Position numbers and translations under genes: made by a program. A stretch of DNA of 12,905 bases, from NCBI GenBank assembly GCA_041694835.1, contig JBGFRZ010000018.1, positions 1-12,905 of the forward strand, read 5' to 3'. Below the pieces are notes generated by a model that worked only from the letters and a program-made list of their open reading frames with translations, ran no database searches and was not told where the DNA came from. Source of the DNA: Ignavibacteria bacterium (GTDB taxonomy: Bacteria > Elusimicrobiota > Endomicrobiia > PHAN01). Shown piece after piece: positions 1-6,617 of the stretch; position 1 is the stretch's first letter; each line of letters opens with the position of its first letter.

Positions 1-2
1 AC

Positions 3-185
3 GGACTTGAAACGCTCAAAAGAATGAAGGAGTTGAAGCCCTCAATCAATGTCATAATGATAACGGCATACAGGGATGCGGAAAAAGTAGTAAAGGCGTT
101 TCGCATGGGAGCGTATGATTGCATTTTTAAGCCATTTGATTTGTCATATCTGCGCACGGCGATTTTGGCAAAATTTTTGGAATGA
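3..185 (+). CDS. Response regulator receiver domain protein (5'-truncated by the window edge)
   Basis: Not in the ORF track; translated by hand from position 3: GLETLKRMKELKPSINVIMITAYRDAEKVVKAFRMGAYDCIFKPFDLSYLRTAILAKFLE*. It shows the receiver C-terminal half (GLE.L, VIMITA, GAYD...KPF) and ends at TGA 183-185. Confidence 0.9.
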   Translation, partial: GLETLKRMKELKPSINVIMITAYRDAEKVVKAFRMGAYDCIFKPFDLSYLRTAILAKFLE

Positions 186-500
186 ACAGATGGGCGCCGA
201 TAAATGCCGATGAACGCAGAGAAAAATTGGTGTATATCCATATAATTCGTGGGACAATCACCTTCATCCTCCCTCTCCCCTTGAGGGAGAGGATTGAGGA
301 GAGGGGTAAATTTGAGAATGACTTTTTTCGTGTGATTCATATAATTCGTGGTTATCTGTAATTTAATCTGCGAAAATCTGCGCCAATATAAAATTGGCGA
401 TTACAGGATATTGTGTCAATCTTGAAAATCCCGATGTTCATCGGGACAGATTTTTAATTTTACATTTTAATTGTCCTTCGTGTTAATTAGTGGTTTCAAT
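186..500. repeat. Composite repeat region: 9-10-mer arrays, a 14-bp direct repeat, a REP-like hairpin and a TCCCGAT palindrome
   Basis: CATATAATTCGTGG at 239-252 and 338-351; hairpin CCTCTCCC (272-279)/GGGAGAGG (285-292); GCCGATAAAT-GCCGATGAAC-GCAGA facing ATCTGCGAAA-ATCTGCG; palindrome TCCCGATG-TT-CATCGGGA at 429-446. Confidence 0.7.
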
Positions 501-524
501 TTTTGGCGGACAACGTGAATATGT

Positions 525-3500
525 ATGAAATTTTTTCACATTGCAACAATAACTATTTTTTGTGTCGCCGACCTTTTTGGGGATTCTACAAAAACTTTCA
601 CCACAGACACTGATTTTTCATTTTTCACTCTTGATGACATCGTTTCGGTCGGAACCGGAACATCCGCCTTTTTATCGCTGGAAAACAGATGGTTTGAGTT
701 GTCTATTGGCGCCCCCACCCATAGACATTGGTTTTCTATGTCGGCGGACACAACTACCCACAGGGTTTTACTTCACGGCGGAAGAAATACTGAAAACCCC
801 AGCGGACTTAACGATTTCTGGATATTTGAACCGTCCAATAATCAGTGGACGCAAAAATCGACTCCGTCGCCCCCGCCGGGAAGATACGGCCACAAGTCGG
901 TTGCGATTGGCTCCGGAAATTTTTTGATTTTCGGCGGGCTCGGCGATTTAAATTATTACAACGACACATGGCTCTACGACTCAAACTCAAATGTTTGGAC
1001 AAATCTGAATTTTACCGTGCAACCGTCTTCGAGAGCGCATTATTCTTTGACGGTGGACACAAGAAGAAACAGAGTATATCTTTTCGGCGGGACGGACGGC
1101 CCCAACTTTTTCAACAACCTATGGGTATATGATATATCCGCTTCAAGTTGGTCGCAAGTCGTCCAAATCTCCACTCCGATTGCAAGGGCCGCTGCTGAAA
1201 TCGTTTATCTTGCTTTGCAAGACAGAGTGCTGCTTTTCGGCGGACACTCCGGTTCGTCGCATCTCGGCGACCTGTGGCATTTTAACCCTGCCACGGCCGA
1301 ATGGACGCAGATTTCGCAAGGGGTTACAAGACCAGTCGCAAGGCGATATTTTGGTTTTGTCTACAACGAAAAAATAAGAAAGCCCGTGCTTCTTGGTGGT
1401 GAAAGAGCCACTACGCCAAATATCTCAAACGACTTATGGATTTATGATTTTAAAGACAATGTATGGACAACCGCTTCTCCCTTCAACCAGCCGCCCGCCG
1501 CAAGATATGGCCACAGTATGTCATGGCCCGGTTATGTTTTTTTATTCGGAGGGGAGGGGATGGATGTTTCCGCCGGCGGCGGATGGAGATATCTCGTCAC
1601 ATCAAGCGGGAGTTTCGTCAGCAATCCCATAAGCGTTCACGCTCCGACGGGGCTCTATTGGCGGACACTCGCTCTTAAGCCCGACACCATTTCTCCTGAG
1701 ACGGAGAGAAAATTTCAAATTTCAGCGTCGTCCGACGGAACAAATTGGAGCGTCTTTGCGGGTCCGAATGGCGACCCGAATCAGTTTTTCGTCTATGGCG
1801 GAATCCCCATCAATATCGATTGGTTCGAGTGGCAAAACAAACCACATCTCAGAATAAGAGGCGTTCTTTCGTCGGACATCGAGCCACAATCACCAATCGT
1901 AGATTCGCTCTTTGTCAGATATAACCGTCCGCCACATCCGCCTTTGCTTGTTTCTCCGCCGAATAGAACAAGGACAAATGTAATCTCACCGGGTTTTTCC
2001 TGGAACGCAGCCGACGACCCCGACGGCGACACATCTTTGACATATAACCTTCAACTCTCGACTTCCCCTGATTTTTTGCCGGTATACTTTTCAAGTGCGG
2101 GAATATCGGTTTTAATCTCTACCCCGGGCGTAAATTTGTATGAGGGATTATGGTATTGGAGAGTCCGGGCCGCAGATCCCGAACACGACGGCCTATGGTC
2201 GGGCGGATTTGAATTGAATGTGGACACTACGCCGCCGGCCGCGGTTTCAAACCTTGTCGCAAAAAGAGGGAGTGTAAACGGCCAGATAGTGCTTTCTATG
2301 AATGTTCCGGGTGACAACGGAAATTCCGGAGAACTTCGGGACGCTTTGTGCATCGTCAGGTTTTCGTCAGCGCCTCTCATCAACGAGTTGGACTGGACAT
2401 CTGCTGACGGCGAAAAACAGAGCCCCATAAGCCATCTTCCGGCGGGTTCTGAATTTATTGTCAATATCGACGGACTGCTCGATGCGACGACTTATTATTT
2501 CAACGCAAGAATAAGGGACAACGCGGGAAATACGGGTCCGCTTCATCCGACGAGTCCATCGGCAAGGACAAACGCCCCGCCTTCGGTCACACTCATGAGC
2601 CTTTTGGGTGGAGAGGTTTTGGGCCGAAGCGTTGAAATAAGATGGTCTTCTTCGGAGCCCGACGGAGATACTTACAAACATTTTGTCTTTGTTTCATCGA
2701 ACGGCGGAGCGAATTTTGGTTTCAACTTGACACCCGGCGGACTTGGCCAGACAGTCACTTTTTATGCATTAAACACAAGACAATTCAGAAACGGCGCAAA
2801 TTATGTTGTTAAAATCACCGCCACAGATGAACCTCACGCGCTTTCCTCGTCTTCCATATCGGGTATTTTTTCCATCGGGAATCCCAACGAATCGCCTTCG
2901 GTTCAAATTATAGAGCCAGGCCCCGGCTCGGAGTTAAGAGGTCACGTTACAATTTATTGGAGCATATCGGATTTAAATCTGGCGGATAGTCATCAGAGCG
3001 CTCTTTATATTTCATCTGATGCGGGACAAAGTTTCGGTTGGCATTTCGGGACACAGACAACATTTTTTTCATTAAATACCCGGGAGTTCCCCAATTCTCC
3101 GAATTATCTGCTCAAAATAATCGTCTCCGACGATGGCACGCCGTCGCTTTCAACGCAGGCGGTCAGCGGGCTCTTCGCTATAAAAAACGACAATTTTCCG
3201 CCGAGGACTTTTTCGCTTTTATATCCGTTTGATAAAACATACCGCTCTGCGCTTGATTTCTCTTTTGTCTGGGAAAAAAATGGCGACCCCAATCCGGAAG
3301 ACAAAATCAGATACAAACTCATTTATTCTACAAATCAGAATTTTGTCCCCGAGACTGCGGTGGAAAACATTTACGAAAATTATTACGGGCTATCTCCGTT
3401 ACAACTCATACCCGATGCGACTTATTGGTGGAGAGTTGTCGCGATTGACCCGTTCGGATATGTGCGCGCGTCTAACGAGATTTTCAAGGTGTATATTCTC

Positions 3501-4265
3501 AACAGATTCAAAACATCGACCGAAGACAATTTCATAATATGCGAAGTCGTCGACGGAATGCCCCCCGACGGTTTTTTGAGAATAGAAAAAATCAAAAAAT
3601 CGGATTATGGCGGCTCGATAATTTCTGCGAACAAAAAATTGTCCGCCGACCCGTTCATCGCCGGGCTCGATGCCGGAGATGTTCATCGTCTGTCCGTCTG
3701 CGACATAAATTTAAACGAACTCAAACCCGGAGAGGATTTTGAAGCGAATGTTTATCTGAACTTGAATTACCGGCCGTCACAAAAAACGCAGAGATTTATT
3801 GAATACGGGAATTTGAGAGTCGCCTTGCTTGATGAACATACAAGCCAATGGGTTCTTGCAAAAGATTTGCCATTAAACGTAAACGGAAAATCCAAATCGA
3901 CAATAAATAGGACGGGGTATATTTTCGCTCTCGCCGCGCTTTCTCCCAAAAACAATTTGATGGGACTTTTCAGTTATCCAAATCCTTTTGACCCTCTCAG
4001 AGAAAAAACGCGGGTCGTATACACGCTCACCGAAGAAAGCGATGTGACGCTCAGGATTTACAATTTGACGGGGGATTTGATACTCGACAGAGAAATGAAA
4101 TCAGGCGATGCGGGAGCGAAAAGTCAGCCGTCAGGATATCAGAACGCATTCTACTGGGACGGACGAAATAATCCTGGAATGGTTGTCGCCAACGGAATGT
4201 ATATTCTCGAAATCAAAACCAAAAATGAAAAACTTCATCGGAAAATAGGAGTTGTTAAAAGATAG
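525..4265 (+). CDS. Large secreted Kelch-repeat beta-propeller protein with FN3/Ig-like domains and a C-terminal FlgD-Ig/T9SS-like sorting domain
   Basis: 1246-aa ORF with an N-terminal hydrophobic stretch. Six Kelch GG motifs (LLHGG, LIFGG, YLFGG, LLFGG, VLLGG, FLFGG), with DxW.Y/F...W in most repeats. Repeated Ig/FN3 starts (NRPPHPP, DTTPPAAVSNL, NAPPSV, NESPSV, NFPP). C-terminus YPNPF...RIYNLTGDLI...WDGRN...NGMYILEIK...KIGVVKR. An in-frame TGA at 516 limits upstream extension. Confidence 0.88.
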   Translation: MKFFHIATITIFCVADLFGDSTKTFTTDTDFSFFTLDDIVSVGTGTSAFLSLENRWFELSIGAPTHRHWFSMSADTTTHRVLLHGGRNTENPSGLNDFWIFEPSNNQWTQKSTPSPPPGRYGHKSVAIGSGNFLIFGGLGDLNYYNDTWLYDSNSNVWTNLNFTVQPSSRAHYSLTVDTRRNRVYLFGGTDGPNFFNNLWVYDISASSWSQVVQISTPIARAAAEIVYLALQDRVLLFGGHSGSSHLGDLWHFNPATAEWTQISQGVTRPVARRYFGFVYNEKIRKPVLLGGERATTPNISNDLWIYDFKDNVWTTASPFNQPPAARYGHSMSWPGYVFLFGGEGMDVSAGGGWRYLVTSSGSFVSNPISVHAPTGLYWRTLALKPDTISPETERKFQISASSDGTNWSVFAGPNGDPNQFFVYGGIPINIDWFEWQNKPHLRIRGVLSSDIEPQSPIVDSLFVRYNRPPHPPLLVSPPNRTRTNVISPGFSWNAADDPDGDTSLTYNLQLSTSPDFLPVYFSSAGISVLISTPGVNLYEGLWYWRVRAADPEHDGLWSGGFELNVDTTPPAAVSNLVAKRGSVNGQIVLSMNVPGDNGNSGELRDALCIVRFSSAPLINELDWTSADGEKQSPISHLPAGSEFIVNIDGLLDATTYYFNARIRDNAGNTGPLHPTSPSARTNAPPSVTLMSLLGGEVLGRSVEIRWSSSEPDGDTYKHFVFVSSNGGANFGFNLTPGGLGQTVTFYALNTRQFRNGANYVVKITATDEPHALSSSSISGIFSIGNPNESPSVQIIEPGPGSELRGHVTIYWSISDLNLADSHQSALYISSDAGQSFGWHFGTQTTFFSLNTREFPNSPNYLLKIIVSDDGTPSLSTQAVSGLFAIKNDNFPPRTFSLLYPFDKTYRSALDFSFVWEKNGDPNPEDKIRYKLIYSTNQNFVPETAVENIYENYYGLSPLQLIPDATYWWRVVAIDPFGYVRASNEIFKVYILNRFKTSTEDNFIICEVVDGMPPDGFLRIEKIKKSDYGGSIISANKKLSADPFIAGLDAGDVHRLSVCDINLNELKPGEDFEANVYLNLNYRPSQKTQRFIEYGNLRVALLDEHTSQWVLAKDLPLNVNGKSKSTINRTGYIFALAALSPKNNLMGLFSYPNPFDPLREKTRVVYTLTEESDVTLRIYNLTGDLILDREMKSGDAGAKSQPSGYQNAFYWDGRNNPGMVVANGMYILEIKTKNEKLHRKIGVVKR

Positions 4266-4570
4266 CAGGTAGTATGTAGTATGTAGTAGGTGGATGATAG
4301 GGAACAGCGAATAGCAAATAGTCCCGCCTTGGCGGGATGAAACATTTTTCGAACATTTGTTCGAATTTCTCGTCGGAAGAAGATAGCAGGTTGCAAATAG
4401 CGAAAGTTGAGAGTTTAGAGATAAAAGCAAATAGCGAATAGTGGAGAGAGGTAAGTTTTTTCTATTCTCTGACATCTGTCCCCTGTCATCTGTTCTCTGA
4501 CCTTTATCCTCTGACTTTTGCCGTTGTGTTCTTATGCCTTGTGCACTTACACCTTATACCCTTGTGCACT
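4259..4570. repeat. Heptamer/octamer tandem arrays with embedded palindromes (contains the left arm of the long inverted repeat)
   Basis: GTAGTAT tandem at about 4269-4288; ATAGC(A/G)A units; TCCCGCC-TT-GGCGGGA at 4322-4337; 52-bp IR core at 4338-4389; TCTG(A/T)C-type pyrimidine units at about 4466-4515; CTTGTGCA/CTTAT octamer-like units at about 4524-4570. Confidence 0.85.
4338..4389. repeat. Perfect 52-bp inverted repeat, left copy (partner 5119-5170)
   Basis: TGAAACATTTTTCGAACATTTGTTCGAATTTCTCGTCGGAAGAAGATAGCAG is the exact reverse complement of 5119-5170, checked base by base. Confidence 0.95.
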
Positions 4571-4588
4571 AATATCATTGGAGGTATT

Positions 4589-4960
4589 ATGAAAAAAATT
4601 TTGGTAGTGGAAGACGAGCAGGACATAGCCGAAATAATTTCAATGGCGCTTGTTAAAAATGGTTACTCGACCGATATGGCTTTCGACGGCGAGGAAGCGC
4701 TTGAAAAAATAAATTTGTCAAAGCCCGACATAATTGTTTTAGACCTGATGCTGCCCAAGTTGGACGGTCAGAGCGTAAATATCAAATTGAAAGAAAACCC
4801 CGACACGGCCCAGATTCCTGTAATCGTTATTACGGCACATGCAAAACTGAAAGAACTTCTTCAAGCTAGAAGTGATTTTAATGTGACGGCTTATCTTGAA
4901 AAACCATTTCCCCTGTCGACGCTTGTCGAAAAAATACGGGAAATAGCAGGGAGAGGATAG
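4589..4960 (+). CDS. Single-domain (CheY-like) response regulator
   Basis: Start moved to ATG 4589, which has SD GGAGGT at 4580-4585; 123 aa. MKKILVVEDE...PDIIVLDLMLPKLDG...VIVITA...YLEKPF retains the acidic pair, phospho-Asp, Thr and Lys-Pro. No output domain. Confidence 0.93.
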   Translation: MKKILVVEDEQDIAEIISMALVKNGYSTDMAFDGEEALEKINLSKPDIIVLDLMLPKLDGQSVNIKLKENPDTAQIPVIVITAHAKLKELLQARSDFNVTAYLEKPFPLSTLVEKIREIAGRG

Positions 4961-5027
4961 TGGTCAGTGTAGTTGCCGATTTGCCCCGCACTTTGCGAGG
5001 TTTATCGGCTGAAGATATGGAGAGTTT

Positions 5028-6617
5028 ATGAGTTCAGTGTTAGAGCAGCAGAACAGCAGTGGCTCGTGGCTCGTGGCTCGTTTCCTCCAGTCACCAGTCA
5101 CCATCCACTATTCGCTATCTGCTATCTTCTTCCGACGAGAAATTCGAACAAATGTTCGAAAAATGTTTCACAACATTTGCTATTTGCTATTCGCTATTTG
5201 CTATTTGCTATTTACTGCCACATGTCTTTACGGATGGTTTTTGCAAAAAGGCGGCTCCGGTTTTGCGGTCGAATCGCTCGACTCTACAGGCGCCTTCGCA
5301 AGAACAGTCGCTCTTGGCAATTCGGGGATATCGTACTTCAATCCGGCGTCGCTGACATATGAATATTATGAAAATTTTTTCGCCACGTATCTTCCGCTTT
5401 TTTTCGGGGGTAATTTTTTTTCCACGGGATACACGCACCCTCTCGATGCAAAAAATATCGTCGATATATCAATTGTCGGGTTCGGCTCCGCTGATGCCCA
5501 GAAGACGAACGAACTCGGCGAGATTTTAGGCAATTTCTCGTCTAATGAAATGGCGGTAAGAACATCTTATGCGAGGAAAATAAACGATTTCATCTCGGCG
5601 GGAGCAAGATTAAAATACATAACCCAAACAATAGACGACCATCATTCTTCTGCGGCAACCCTTGACATTGGCGCTTCGCTCCACGACAATGCCATCGGAA
5701 ACACATACGGTATTTCGCTATTTAACATTATTCCGTCGAAACTGGGAAGAGACGAAATATCTTTTTTCCCGCGAGTGGGAATAAGACACAACTTTATGGA
5801 CAAAGACATATACCTCAATTTCGATTTTTCGTTTTACAACATTTTCAGAGGGGATATAGTTAACAGATGGTTTTTCGGAGCGGAATACAACTCCCCCGAG
5901 TATTTGTTTTGGCGGTTCGGACTCAATCAAAAACAGATTTCAGCCGGACTTGGACTTGATTTTGGAAAAATAGGTTTTGATTACGGCGTTTTGTTTCACC
6001 CTCTCGGATTTTTGCATTACTTCACGGTAAATATAAGGTATGGATTCGAACCGACGGCTGCCGAAATTAAGGTGAAAGAAGAGATGGGAAATCTTAAAGA
6101 AGAGCGCGAGAGGTTTGCGGAGAGGCGAAAAATAGAAAAACAACTTGCAAAACTGGAAAGAGAGCGGCTTGAACAAGAAAGAAAAGTGTCTTTGATTTTT
6201 CTGAGGGCCCGAAAAAAATTTGACGACAAAAAATTCGCGGAAGCAGAAAAACTCGCTCTTGATATCTTGAACATCGCTCCCCAGAACAAAGAGGCGACGG
6301 CTCTACTTGCGGAAATCCGGGGTATCCTCAACGAGACGACAATCAAAAGAAAACTCGCCGATATGGAAAATTTTTACAGGCAGGGCGAGTATATTTCCGC
6401 TCTTTCTGAGTCTAAGTGGGTCTTAAATCTTTTGCCCAATCATGAAAAAGCGAAAATTTACTACTTTCTCTCAAATGCAAGAATTCTTATAAGTGAAAAA
6501 AAATATATGGACGCCAAAGGCGAGCTCCTTGAAGTTTTGAAAGTACAAAGCGTCCACGACGAAGCCCTCGGGCTTTTGAGGAGAATTCAGACGGTCATTG
6601 ATATGGAGGAACAATGA
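5028..6617 (+). CDS. PorV/PorQ-like outer-membrane beta-barrel protein with a C-terminal coiled coil and TPR repeats
   Basis: After the signal peptide: GAFARTVALGNS...YFNPASL, YARKINDFISAGARLKYITQTID, LDIGA, RFGLNQKQISAGLGL..IGFDYG, HYFTVNIRYG, a pattern typical of PorV/PorQ-type barrels. An E/K/R-rich coil and TPR-like helices follow. ATG 5028 has GGAG upstream; an alternative in-frame ATG lies at 5163. Confidence 0.75.
   Translation: MSSVLEQQNSSGSWLVARFLQSPVTIHYSLSAIFFRREIRTNVRKMFHNICYLLFAICYLLFTATCLYGWFLQKGGSGFAVESLDSTGAFARTVALGNSGISYFNPASLTYEYYENFFATYLPLFFGGNFFSTGYTHPLDAKNIVDISIVGFGSADAQKTNELGEILGNFSSNEMAVRTSYARKINDFISAGARLKYITQTIDDHHSSAATLDIGASLHDNAIGNTYGISLFNIIPSKLGRDEISFFPRVGIRHNFMDKDIYLNFDFSFYNIFRGDIVNRWFFGAEYNSPEYLFWRFGLNQKQISAGLGLDFGKIGFDYGVLFHPLGFLHYFTVNIRYGFEPTAAEIKVKEEMGNLKEERERFAERRKIEKQLAKLERERLEQERKVSLIFLRARKKFDDKKFAEAEKLALDILNIAPQNKEATALLAEIRGILNETTIKRKLADMENFYRQGEYISALSESKWVLNLLPNHEKAKIYYFLSNARILISEKKYMDAKGELLEVLKVQSVHDEALGLLRRIQTVIDMEEQ
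5035..5216. repeat. Heptamer tandem arrays and right arm of the long inverted repeat, inside the 5' end of the PorV-like ORF
   Basis: GTGGCTC x3; CCAGTCA x2; CTATT(C/T)G array; 52-bp IR core at 5119-5170; TTTGCTA-type units at 5176-5213. Confidence 0.88.

Noticed and set aside
536-3955. Numerous short alternative-frame and antisense ORFs inside the Kelch gene
   Set aside because: They are shadow ORFs overlapping a long, motif-rich CDS and have no recognisable domains.
4131-4475. 114-aa minus-strand ORF (MSENRK...CYLLPTRNSNKCSKNVS)
   Set aside because: It is a translation of the heptamer/IR arm, which lacks stops on that strand, and it overlaps the Kelch gene 3' end. The peptide shared with ORF 4973-5362 only reflects the DNA inverted repeat.
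4526-4588. 21-aa N-terminal extension of the response regulator in the ORF track
   Set aside because: A strong SD (GGAGGT) precedes ATG 4589, where the receiver fold begins; the extension is octamer-repeat sequence.
4266-5216. Possible CRISPR array
   Set aside because: There are no regularly spaced 23-47-bp direct repeats with unique spacers; the repeats are tandem 7-8-mers or inverted, and no cas genes are present.
4973-5362. 129-aa and 98-aa ORFs overlapping the PorV-like start
   Set aside because: They are repeat-derived open frames overlapping the better-supported CDS.
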